Below, piece after piece: positions 11,366-20,221 of a stretch of 64,000 bases of DNA (the stretch's first letter is position 1; every line of letters begins with the position of its first letter). The DNA comes from an uncultured archaeon. GTDB taxonomy: Archaea; Thermoproteota; Nitrososphaeria; Nitrososphaerales; Gagatemarchaeaceae. The translations under genes and the position numbers were made by a program. Location: contig CAWCYD010000003.1 of assembly GCA_963799775.1 (NCBI GenBank), forward strand, positions 320,001 to 384,000. The letters run 5' to 3'. The notes beneath the pieces were generated by a model. That model did no database searches. It saw only the letters and a list, made by a program, of their open reading frames with translations, and had not been told where the DNA came from.

Positions 11366-11723
11366 ATGAACAAGATACCTCACTCCTCGAAGGGCTCCGA
11401 AGCGCTCTTGCGCTCGGTCCTGCCGGAGAAAGGCGGCATCACCATCCGTCCAATGTTCGGGAACCTGGCCGCTTTCATATCGGACAACCTCTCGGTGGGG
11501 CTCTATGGGGACGACCTCTTCGTGAGGCTGCCCGAGGAGGGTCGCGCCGAGCTCCTGAAGAACGAAGGCGCATCCGTCTTTGAACCGATGAGGGGAAGGC
11601 AGATGAAAGAATACATCGTCCTCCCCAGGAGATGGCTAAAGGACACCGTCTAAGGTCAGGCCCTGGGTGACCCGATCGCTGGAATGGTCGAGCCGTCTCC
11701 CTGCGAAACCCAAGAGACGCTAA
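11366..11723 (+). CDS. TfoX/Sxy N-terminal domain protein (frameshift near 11651)
   Basis: RPMFG, LFVRL and FEPM.GR.MKEY. After a +1 shift it continues KVRPWVTRSLEWSSRLPAKPKRR*. Confidence 0.85.
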
Positions 11724-11785
11724 CCGCCTGCGAGACCCTCTCCTGTCAAACACTTCAAGAGGCAGCGGAGTGGGGCGGCGTGGCA

Positions 11786-12067
11786 ATGCGCTACATGGCG
11801 GATGCGAACCTGAGCGGGCTGGCGAAGGAGCTCAGGGCCAAGGGGATAGACTGCGAGACGGTCCACAAGCTGATGCTTGGGAACGAGGACTCGCGGGTCA
11901 AGATCACCGATCCCGAGATAGTGAAGTTCCTGGTGGGAAAGAAAGGGTCCATCACGCTGATTACGCTTGACAACGAGCTCGCGGAGTACTGTGGCACGTT
12001 CGAGATCCCTGTCATAAGGGTCCAGGACTTGGTCACCAGACACATCCAGTCCTTAGAAGCGCGCTAG
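11786..12067 (+). CDS. PIN-like (DUF5615/Mut7-C N-terminal type) protein
   Basis: MADANLSGLAKELR..G.D, TDPEI and LITLD acidic PIN pattern. Confidence 0.75.
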   Translation: MRYMADANLSGLAKELRAKGIDCETVHKLMLGNEDSRVKITDPEIVKFLVGKKGSITLITLDNELAEYCGTFEIPVIRVQDLVTRHIQSLEAR

Positions 12068-12140
12068 GCCCGCTCCCGACGGGAGGGGGAAGGAGGATTG
12101 TTGGGAAAACCTTTAACGCTCTTTCCGTTTGTGGCGCCCC

Positions 12141-12749
12141 ATGGCAAAGACCTACACCCTTCCGCCGCTGCCGTACGCCTACAACGCTCTGGAGCCGCAC
12201 ATCTCCGAGCAGATAATGAAGCTGCACCACGACAAGCATCACCAGGCATACGTGAACGGGGCGAACGCCGCGCTCGACAAGCTGGAAAAGGCGAGGGCAG
12301 GGACCGCGCAGATAGACCTGAAAGGGACGCTCAGAGACCTGAGCTTCAACGTCGACGGTCACAAGCTTCACTCGATATTCTGGCCGAACATGGCGCCGGC
12401 GGGCAAGGGAGGAGGGGAACCCGGAGGCAAGCTGGCTGACAAGATCAAGGCGGACTTTGGAGGCGCAGACAAGTTCAAGACCCAATTCAGCGACGCAGCC
12501 AAGGCAGTCGAAGGTTCGGGCTGGGCCCTCTTGTGCTACGACAAGGAGATCGACTCCCTTGTCATGACGCAGGTCGAAAAGCAGAACTTCATGGAGCTCG
12601 CGGAGCTGCCTATCCTGTTGGGCCTCGACGTCTGGGAGCACGCGTACTACCTCCAGTACTGGAACGATCGGGCCAAGTACGTGGAGGCATGGTGGAACGT
12701 CGTGAACTGGTCTGACGTGGACGGAAGGCTCTCGAAGGTCGTAAAGTGA
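12141..12749 (+). CDS. sod: Fe/Mn superoxide dismutase
   Basis: LPYAYNALEP, HHDKHHQAY, GSGW and DVWEHAYY. Confidence 0.97.
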   Translation: MAKTYTLPPLPYAYNALEPHISEQIMKLHHDKHHQAYVNGANAALDKLEKARAGTAQIDLKGTLRDLSFNVDGHKLHSIFWPNMAPAGKGGGEPGGKLADKIKADFGGADKFKTQFSDAAKAVEGSGWALLCYDKEIDSLVMTQVEKQNFMELAELPILLGLDVWEHAYYLQYWNDRAKYVEAWWNVVNWSDVDGRLSKVVK

Positions 12750-12810
12750 GGCGCCGGACCGCTATGGCTCGGCCTCCCAATCATCTCAATTCTGGCCCTG
12801 TCCTCTATCG

Positions 12811-13737
12811 ATGACGGAGTTCAAGCTGAGCCTCTCGACGGTGCCCTTCGACCTGAGGCACAGCCTAGACAGCGGGCAGGTGTTCCGGTGGGAGCAGAAG
12901 GGCGAGTGGTGGACGGGGTGCAAGGAACGGAGCGATCAAGGTCAAGCAGGAGGAGGCATCGCTCCTCTGTGTGACGGAGAGCGATTCCATAACAGCTCAG
13001 ACGATGCACGAGTACTTCCGCATCGACGACAGCATGGAGAGGATATACTCGCAGATAATGAAGGACGAACACATCTCGGAGGCCATCCAGCGATTCTACG
13101 GGCTGCGGCTCATGAAGCAAGACACTTGGGAGTGCCTCGTCTCCTTCGTGGTTGCGACGAACGCGAACATCCCAAGGATCAGGCTGATGATCTCCAACCT
13201 CTGCCACAAGTTCGGCGAGACGATATCGTTCGAAGGGAACCCATACTCTCTCTTCCCTGATCCCGCGTCGCTGGCCGCCGCAACGGTCGAAGAGCTCACG
13301 TCTTGCGGCCTAGGATACCGCGCCAGGTTCATCAAGTCGGTCGCCGAGATGGTGAGCTCAGGCCACGTCGACCTCGAAGAACTGAAGCTCCAGGACTACG
13401 AGAAAGCGAGGGGCCTCCTAATAGAGCGCCTGCTCGGGGCGAAGACCCTGCTCGGCATAGGGAGGAAAGCGGCGGACTGCATCCTCCTCTTCTCGTGCGG
13501 CAAAGACTCGGCCTTCCCGATAGACGTCTGGATGGCGAAGTCCTCGCGAGATACTACCCGTTCCTCTTCGACAAGGAGACGGCCCGGCGACTCGAAGCCC
13601 ACGTCACGGGTTCAAAGCGGCTCGCGTCGCGCGAGTACGAGACGACCTCGTCCTCAATGAGGGACTACTTCGGAGAGTACGCAGGGTACGCGCAGCAGTA
13701 TCTCTTTCACGACGCGAGGAAGAACAAGCTGGCCTGA
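12811..13737 (+). CDS. ogg: 8-oxoguanine DNA glycosylase, OGG1-like (frameshifts)
   Basis: LDSGQVFRW, WECLVSF, GLGYRA, HhH GIGRKAADC, FPIDVW and YAGYAQQYLF. Confidence 0.9.
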
Positions 13738-13744
13738 CGGCGAG

Positions 13745-14201
13745 CTACTTCTTCTTCGAGGCAGCGGCCGGCTCGGCGGACTTCGGGACCTTGAACCAGC
13801 CCTTGAGCTTCTCAACGTTCACAACGTGAACGCTCCTGCGCCTTAGGTCTAGGGAGAGGCCCCCGCGCCTGGCCGTGTTCAGAGGGACGCCTGCGGAGCT
13901 GAGCTCGCCGAACGAGAATCCTCTCGCTGGCCTCTCGCGCATCGAGTCGAAGTGCCTCGACTCTGCGATCGCGGCCGGCGGAGGTGTCCAGCTTGATCGG
14001 CGCGGCCTTGGGCTCCTTCCTGGCTGGTTTCTCTTGCGTCTTCTCCGGAGCCTTCGCGGGCTTTGGGGCCTTTTTCGGCTTGTCTACGGCGACCGTCTTT
14101 GCGACTGTCTTTGCGATTTTCTTCTCCTTTGTCACCTTTGCTTTCTTAGGCGGAGAGGCATCCTTCCTCTTCGCGGATGACTTCTTTTCTTTCGAGCTCA
14201 T
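13745..14201 (-). CDS. rpl13e: ribosomal protein eL13 (L13e) with Lys/Ala/Pro-rich N-terminal extension (frameshift near 13980)
   Basis: RGFSFGELSSAG..ARR.GL.LDLRRRS..NVEKLK is the archaeal L13e signature. The upstream basic ORF joins it via a frameshift. Confidence 0.85.
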
Positions 14202-14203
14202 TT

Positions 14204-14673
14204 CTACTGCTTCCTGACCTTGCTACCACGATACGCTAGGATGGCACCCAGAACCGCCAGCGCGACGCCCCCGCCGATGACCGGGACGCTCTTCAGCACC
14301 AGATATCCAGGAACGGCGATCGCGTCAAGGCCTATCACTATGAGGGCGATGCCGAAAACGATTTGCCCGCCGCTGTTCAACCACTCCGGGGCGAACGTCC
14401 TCCCCGCACCCGATGTCTCGGGATCGCAGGGCCCACCCTCTTGCCGGGAAGGCCTCCCTTTAGGATCCCAATGGGGATGAACATCACGCCGAAAATGAGA
14501 AGTATCCCTGCCGTCCCTTGCATGGCCGAATTCTCGGGGCTAGGGATTATGCAATAACACGAGTCGCCGGCCGGAGTCTTCCCGCCGTTGAACAAGATTA
14601 TGCCGGAGACGCCAATCAGCGTGAGGACCACAGCGAGTAGAATGTACTCTGAATCCAAGCTTGCAGCAACCAC
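14204..14673 (-). CDS. hypothetical membrane protein with CYC loop motif (frameshift near 14420)
   Basis: About four hydrophobic segments when the two frames are joined. It ends RGSKVRKQ* at 14204. Confidence 0.6.
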
Positions 14674-14711
14674 TTTCGCAACACTCGTTTCTTAAGCGTT
14701 TCGCGGCCGCG

Positions 14712-15778
14712 TAGCCTGTAGCTTAATTCTTCCTTGTGAGGGTCTCTACTTTCTTCACTGCTTCTTTGTCACCATCTACGGACGTATCGAGAGGAACCTG
14801 TTGTACAGCATGACCTTGAGGGACGCTTCCGCCTTCTGGCTGAGGAACCTCCTCGCCCTCAACGTGTCTCCCAGCACTCGCTTGAACGCCGAGAACGTTA
14901 TCTCCACGAGCCACCTCTGACCATAGTCCTTTACTGCCTTCCACCCCTCGTACCCGAGGGCGTCGAGGGCCAGGGCCTCGTCCCGCCTCGCTCTCGACCC
15001 CATCAGCTTGAGGCTCGCGTTCTTCCGGAGCTTGATGGCGGGCTCCGCGCCTATCTCGCTCAGGAGGTTGAAGTTCTTCCTCGCGTCGTACGCCGCGTCC
15101 GCGTACGCCTTCGCGACCTTCCTCTTCTTCGCCACCTCCTTGACCATCGGGACGAACTTCGCGTTGTCTCCGGTCTTCTCGCTGGTGATGCGGAACCCCT
15201 TGATCTTCCCCGTCTTCTTGTCCGCGAGTATGTGCAGCTTCACGTACTTCCTCTTCTCCTTCTTCCACTTGTCCTCGATGTAGGAGCCCTTGTTCGAGAC
15301 CGAGAGGCCTGTGGAGTCGGCTATCACCGTCATCGGCTCGTCGCCGTCCGCGTCCCTCCCTACGATCTCTGACGGCTTCTTCCCCTTCATGGAAGAGAGT
15401 ATCCTCCTGCGCATGTGGGTGTAGTGCATCTCCTCGACGAACCTGACGTACTCCTCGAGCTCCCTCGTGATGCCTTCGAGCGTCCTGTACGGTATGTCAA
15501 ACCCGACCTTGACGAACGCCAGGAAGGAGATATACGAGTTTGGGAACTCGAACGGCCTACCCAGCTTCGAGCTGTTCATCGCGTCCAGCTCCTCCTTCCA
15601 CGAGACCAGGGAGCCCAGGTCCAGTATCGCGCATCCCCTCTCGATGAGGGCCTCGTCGTAGTCGTGCCAAGATCGCATTCCCAGCGGTATCATGACGAGT
15701 GTAGCGAGAGAAGCCCTTAGACGAGACCCAAGCAAATCGGCTTGACAGACGCGTGAGATTGGATTAAGCTACAGGCTA
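14712..15778 (-). mobile_element. complete IS5-family (IS903-like) insertion sequence, 1067 bp
   Basis: Perfect 16-bp TIRs TAGCCTGTAGCTTAAT (14712-14727) and ATTAAGCTACAGGCTA (15763-15778), flanked by the 9-bp direct repeat GCGGCCGCG (14703-14711 and 15779-15787). Confidence 0.95.
14776..15678 (-). CDS. IS5-family DDE transposase
   Basis: WHDYDEALIERG N-terminus (IS903-like), IADSTG, KLHI, YADAAYD and YGQRWLVEITFSAFKR. The ORF is uninterrupted. Confidence 0.95.
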   Translation of the reverse strand: MRSWHDYDEALIERGCAILDLGSLVSWKEELDAMNSSKLGRPFEFPNSYISFLAFVKVGFDIPYRTLEGITRELEEYVRFVEEMHYTHMRRRILSSMKGKKPSEIVGRDADGDEPMTVIADSTGLSVSNKGSYIEDKWKKEKRKYVKLHILADKKTGKIKGFRITSEKTGDNAKFVPMVKEVAKKRKVAKAYADAAYDARKNFNLLSEIGAEPAIKLRKNASLKLMGSRARRDEALALDALGYEGWKAVKDYGQRWLVEITFSAFKRVLGDTLRARRFLSQKAEASLKVMLYNRFLSIRP

Positions 15779-15837
15779 GCGGCCGCGACGTAGTTGGCCG
15801 CGCAAATGACCGAGACGCCCCTAGAAGTCTAGAAGAG

Positions 15838-15845
15838 GTTATATC
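15838..15845 (+). promoter_or_regulatory. TATA box of the tRNA-Tyr gene
   Basis: gTTATATc lies about 27 nt upstream of the tRNA 5' end and is preceded by purine-rich agaagag (BRE-like). Confidence 0.65.
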
Positions 15846-15870
15846 CCCCACGCCGATTTCCGGGCTCGGT

Positions 15871-16026
15871 CCCGCGGTAGCTCAGCCTGGCAGATCCCAA
15901 AGTGGAGCCATAAGCTTCCGGCTGTAGTGGTCGGCCTTGGCCGACTCGTCCAGCCTGTTCAGGCCACAGATACCGGAGTGTCGTCGGCTCAAAAGCGCGA
16001 AAGCGCGGAGCGTCCGACCCGCGTGA
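15871..16026 (+). tRNA. trnY: tRNA-Tyr(GUA) with three introns (15894-15912, 15928-15971, 15994-16012)
   Basis: Removing the three inserts gives CCCGCGG TA GCTC AGCCTGGCA GAGC T TCCGG CTGTAGA CCGGA GTGTC GTCGG CTCAAAT CCGAC CCGCGTG A. This is a full cloverleaf with a GTA anticodon, C1:G72 and A73. Each junction forms a BHB-type motif. Confidence 0.88.
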
Positions 16027-16043
16027 GACCTCCAAAGACCTCC

Positions 16044-16898
16044 TCATTGTGCCCCATCCGAGCCGCGGCGCACGGTGATGACGTGCGTCAGGCGCGCAAG
16101 CTGCCTCTTCTTTCTCCATATGACCCTCGAAGGCAGAGAAATCCACGGGATCCTGTAGGCGACCGCGAACAGAGCGATGCTGAGGACCAGCCAATTGCTG
16201 AAGAGATAGGCGCCGCCAACGTCAAGCATCCTCCAGCCCCCATCGGCGACGCCTCCTAGCCAGAGGTAGTCGGTGACGTGCCAGGACATGTCCTGCGGGG
16301 CAGAATACCAGAGGGCAAGCTCAAAGACCACGAGGATGGGGGCCGCGAAAAGCGTCAAGACATCATTCAGGGCGGTCCATTTCCCCTTCTCGGACCTTAT
16401 CATGAACACGCCGAGACAGGCCAGACCGAAGAAGATGGATGCCTGCGCTCCCTTGTCAAGCGAGCCCACGTAGGGGATGCGCGCGACGAACTCCGCATAG
16501 ACCCGCCCCAAGGTCGGATAGTGCGCGAAGGCGTAACCGTATCCGTTGTAGCCTCCCAAGACGTCCGCGATGCTCCAGAACGCGAAGACGAACAGGCCCA
16601 GCGATACCAGCACTACGGCGGCCACGAGAGCCGGCCCGGGAAGGCGAACGCTCCTTCTCATCGCGTTCGCGGCAGAGCTGGGGCGGCGGACGAGCATCCC
16701 CTTCGCGGGTTCCATCATCAACACCGAGACGAAGAAGGCCAGCGCGGCGACCTTGATCTCGAGGATGCATACCAGAGTCGGCGCAGCCGCACCGATCATG
16801 GGCCGGGTGGCGTCGAGGAGGGCTGCGAAGGTCAGGGCAGCGAGAAGGAAACTGACGACCGAGACCCCTCCGAGGACCGTCTTGGTTCGGGACTCCAT
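16044..16898 (-). CDS. hypothetical multi-pass membrane protein
   Basis: ORF starting MESRTKTVLGG with about six hydrophobic segments. Confidence 0.75.
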   Translation of the reverse strand: MESRTKTVLGGVSVVSFLLAALTFAALLDATRPMIGAAAPTLVCILEIKVAALAFFVSVLMMEPAKGMLVRRPSSAANAMRRSVRLPGPALVAAVVLVSLGLFVFAFWSIADVLGGYNGYGYAFAHYPTLGRVYAEFVARIPYVGSLDKGAQASIFFGLACLGVFMIRSEKGKWTALNDVLTLFAAPILVVFELALWYSAPQDMSWHVTDYLWLGGVADGGWRMLDVGGAYLFSNWLVLSIALFAVAYRIPWISLPSRVIWRKKRQLARLTHVITVRRGSDGAQ

Positions 16899-17094
16899 CT
16901 GCTCAACCCTGGCCGAGCTGCGCTCCGGAAACACAGAGCCGTTGCATCGGACGGAGCACCAACAGTCACATCCGGAAGCGCGACTCCCCGCTACGCTATA
17001 AAGCGTTGGAGAGATTCTTCCTGATTGGCGCATCACTTCGCGCGAAGCGCTTTAATAACGCGGAAGGGCCGCAGACCATCGGACGCAACGGAAC

Positions 17095-17286
17095 ATGATA
17101 CGTCGAGTCCTCGTCGTCGTAGCCATCATCCTTGCCGTAGAGATAGCTTGGGCGCTTTTCTGCGCTATCACCGGCGTGAACCTCTTCGTCTTCTACGGGG
17201 TCCTCGTCGTCGCCTCGCTGGCTTTCTGGGTGCCGGGTCTCTTGGACAAGAGGAGCCCTACCGAGCGCCCCCAGACCAACAGATAA
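17095..17286 (+). CDS. small two-TM membrane protein
   Basis: 63 aa with two hydrophobic helices. TATA-like tttaataa lies upstream. Confidence 0.65.
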   Translation: MIRRVLVVVAIILAVEIAWALFCAITGVNLFVFYGVLVVASLAFWVPGLLDKRSPTERPQTNR

Positions 17287-17314
17287 AGCCTGGAACGGCG
17301 CGCATGGCTCGAGG

Positions 17315-18205
17315 ATGCCGAACCGCGCTTTCATGTCTGCCGCCGCCCTGGGCTCGATGCTCTTCGGCACGGCGATCTCCGTCTTCAACATGTTCTACTG
17401 GGACCGCGACATCCAGTCCTTCGAACAGGGCGGGGGATCGCCCGGCTCGGTCTCGTACTTCTATCTGGCGGAGGCCATATCGATCCTCTTGCTGCTCCTG
17501 GGGATCTATCTGGCCTACGGATACCTTCGGAGCGCCTCGGGGAGGTCGCCTCTCTCCTCCTCGCTCTCCGTTATAGGCAGCGCCCTCTCCGACCGGAACC
17601 TCGTCCGAATCGGCGTGGCGGCGACCCTGCTCTACGGGGTGCTCTACGCGTTCACGTCGAGCATCGTGGTCGTCCAGCCGCAAGTCGACTTCGCCACGAC
17701 CTATGGGGCCAGAGGCGTTGCCTCTTGGAGCTCCACGCCCTGCTGCGGCCAAGTGGGATTCTTCCCTGAGGTCTACTTCTACGTCTCGCCAGCGCACGTC
17801 GCTATCCAGCTCGTTCCTCTCAGCCTCTTGCTCCTGTTCATCGTGCCGCCGCTGGTCGGCCTGAACCTCTCCCTGGCAATCTTCTCAGTCCGGAGGACAG
17901 TCGCCAAGCTCACCGGTCGATGGATGGTGGCCTGTGGCGCAGCTGTCGGCCTGTTCACAGCCTGTCCCACATGTGCGGGATTCTTCCTGGCGGAGTCTGT
18001 GGGGGGCATGGGAGCCACCACGCTTGCCGTGGCGCTCGCTCCCTACCAGGCCGTCTTCATCGCCGTCAGCATCCCTCTCCTCTTGGCGACACCGCTCGTC
18101 TTCGCGCGGCGCATCGTCACCGCGGCTGCCTCGACCCAGAGGGAGTCCGCTTCGAGCCCCAAGGGACCAGACGGCGAACCGCCTATCTACGCCGGAAACC
18201 GTTAA
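17315..18205 (+). CDS. multi-pass membrane protein with CC and CxxC motifs
   Basis: STPCCG and GLFTACPTCAG in a roughly 6-TM protein directly upstream of ctaB. Confidence 0.8.
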   Translation: MPNRAFMSAAALGSMLFGTAISVFNMFYWDRDIQSFEQGGGSPGSVSYFYLAEAISILLLLLGIYLAYGYLRSASGRSPLSSSLSVIGSALSDRNLVRIGVAATLLYGVLYAFTSSIVVVQPQVDFATTYGARGVASWSSTPCCGQVGFFPEVYFYVSPAHVAIQLVPLSLLLLFIVPPLVGLNLSLAIFSVRRTVAKLTGRWMVACGAAVGLFTACPTCAGFFLAESVGGMGATTLAVALAPYQAVFIAVSIPLLLATPLVFARRIVTAAASTQRESASSPKGPDGEPPIYAGNR

Positions 18206-18243
18206 ATGCACAGACCAAGGCGCGCGGCAAGGAGACCTTCTGC

Positions 18244-19107
18244 ATGAGCTTCCGAGACTACGTCGCCCTCACCAAGCCGAAGATAGTCTGGCTCCTCCTG
18301 CTTGTCGCGCTGGCCTCCGCCGTCATCGCCGCTAGGGCAATCCCTTCGATCCTGGTCATGGCGGGCCTATTCGTCGCGGGGAGCCTCACGTCGCTGGGCT
18401 CTCTCGCCTTGAACAGCTACCTCGAGATGGACATCGACGCGAAGATGAAGAGGACAAAGAACCGCCCCCTGCCTGCCGAGAGGATCATCCAGCCCCGGAG
18501 AGCCCTCGCCTTCGGGCTAGCCTTGCTCGCTATCGGTCTGGCCGTCTCATGGGTGACGCTCACCCCCCTCGCCACGCTCTTCATGGGCCTGGGCTCCCTG
18601 ATCTATGTCCAGGTCTACACGGTCTGGTTGAAGCCTAGGACCAGCTGGAACATCGTGCTCGGTGGCTTCGCCGGGAGCTGCGCCGCCCTCGCCGGCTGGT
18701 ACGCGGTCACGTCGGCCAACCCTCTGATAGCCTGGGTGCTCGCCGCGCTCGTCTTCGTCTGGACGCCCAGTCACTTTTGGAGCCTTGCCGTGATTACCGA
18801 GGAAGACTACTCGGCAGCGGGGATCCCGATGCTCCCATCGGTGGTGGGTGAGAAGAAGGCGGCGAAGTTCATCGTGGCGAACACACTCCTCCTCATCCCG
18901 ATCAGCCTGCTCTTCTTCCTCTACCTGGCGGGCACCGGAGAGGTGCTCTACCTCGTGGGGGCCCTCTTCTTCGACCTTCTCTTGCTGGCCACCAACATCA
19001 AGCTGCTGATCGCCCCCAACAAGAGCAACGCCCTGCTCGCCTTCAAGGCCTCCAGCCCTTTTCTGGCAGTGATCTTCATCTTGGCTTGTGTCAGCGTCCT
19101 CGTCTGA
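18244..19107 (+). CDS. ctaB: protoheme IX farnesyltransferase (heme o synthase)
   Basis: LTKPKIV, EMDIDAKMKRTKNRPLP, YTVWLKPRT, WTPSHFWSLA and DYSAAGIPMLP. Confidence 0.95.
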   Translation: MSFRDYVALTKPKIVWLLLLVALASAVIAARAIPSILVMAGLFVAGSLTSLGSLALNSYLEMDIDAKMKRTKNRPLPAERIIQPRRALAFGLALLAIGLAVSWVTLTPLATLFMGLGSLIYVQVYTVWLKPRTSWNIVLGGFAGSCAALAGWYAVTSANPLIAWVLAALVFVWTPSHFWSLAVITEEDYSAAGIPMLPSVVGEKKAAKFIVANTLLLIPISLLFFLYLAGTGEVLYLVGALFFDLLLLATNIKLLIAPNKSNALLAFKASSPFLAVIFILACVSVLV

Positions 19108-19154
19108 TGCTCGCCAGAAAGTCTTAACTAAGTTACCAAGGGCGGCCCGCAATA

Positions 19155-19640
19155 TTGAGCGCCGGAAAGTACCTCGTCTACGCCACGGTGATCTCGACGT
19201 TCGTCCTCATCGTGTGGGGGGCCTACCTCACGGCCGGGAACTGGGGAGGCGACTGCGGGACGGGGAGCGGTTCGGCGGTCAGTTCTGACTGGCCCTACTG
19301 CAACGGCTCGCTCTCGATCCCCAACCCCTACAACGCGGCAAGCTACGGCTCGTTCGTCGAATACGTCCATCGGACCTTGAGCGTCTTGGTCGGCGTGATC
19401 CTGATCGCTGCGGTGGTAGCCGTGGCGAGGATGAGACCGAGGCCCACCGGGGCCTACAGGGCGCTCCTCCTATCGGGCGTCCTCCTCCTCATACAGATCG
19501 GCCTGGGCAACATAGTCGTCAATTCCGACCTCAACGCCGTCGTGACGGCCATCCACCTGGCGAACGCCACCGCGCTCTTCGGGGTCATGGTGGTCTCTGC
19601 CGTCCTCATACACCAAGAAGACCGCTCGAACAGATACTGA
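19155..19640 (+). CDS. ctaA: short (single-module) COX15/CtaA heme A synthase
   Basis: Cys pair GDC...DWPYCNG, EYVHR, QIGLG and AIHLA in a 4-TM archaeal-type protein. Confidence 0.85.
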   Translation: MSAGKYLVYATVISTFVLIVWGAYLTAGNWGGDCGTGSGSAVSSDWPYCNGSLSIPNPYNAASYGSFVEYVHRTLSVLVGVILIAAVVAVARMRPRPTGAYRALLLSGVLLLIQIGLGNIVVNSDLNAVVTAIHLANATALFGVMVVSAVLIHQEDRSNRY

Positions 19641-19685
19641 CACTCCCAAACCCAAATACGGTGACCCTGGCTTTCAGCGCACCCC

Positions 19686-20184
19686 ATGGGCAGACCTCCT
19701 CGGTTCGTCGCCGACGCGATGCTAGGCAGCCTGGCGAGGAAGCTGAGGATATTCGGTTTCGACACACTCTACTTCAAGGACGGCGGCGACTCGGAACTCC
19801 TGAAGCTCGCCAAGAGCGAAGGACGAATACTCCTCACGTCTGACGATGGACCTCTTCGGCCGTGCATCGCGGCGCGGCGTCGAGTCGTACCTCGTATCGG
19901 CCAAGACAGACAGGTCGAGGCTCGTCTCGCTCCAAAAACAGGCAGCGTCGATCTTTGTTCGCGCGTCCGGTTCCGGACTCCTCAGCAGGTGCGCGGTGTG
20001 CAACGGAGAGCTCGTCGTGGTCTCCAGGAGTCAAGCAGCGGCGGGAAATGGCCCCCCCAAGGTCATCCAGAGGCACCGCCTCTTCTACAGGTGCGCGTCT
20101 TGCTCCCGGCTCTACTGGCGAGGGGGGCACTGGAAGCGGCTGCGCCGGCTCTCCGCCGTCATGGAGACAAAGGCTTTAACGTGA
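19686..20184 (+). CDS. Mut7-C RNase domain protein (PIN + Zn ribbon; frameshift near 19845)
   Basis: FVADAMLGSLARKLRIFGFDT, RILLTSD, RCAVCNG and CASC..LYWRGGHW. Confidence 0.9.
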
Positions 20185-20221
20185 AAAGACCTCGAGTTCG
20201 ATCACTCCGAGGCTTGGGCCC

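Noticed and set aside
14723-15268. Second long ORF inside the IS on the same strand
   Set aside because: It is an alternative-frame shadow of the GC3-rich transposase (R/G/E-rich, no motifs).
15829-16259. ORFs 15829-16194(-) and 15927-16259(+)
   Set aside because: They overlap the intron-containing tRNA-Tyr and have no protein-like features.
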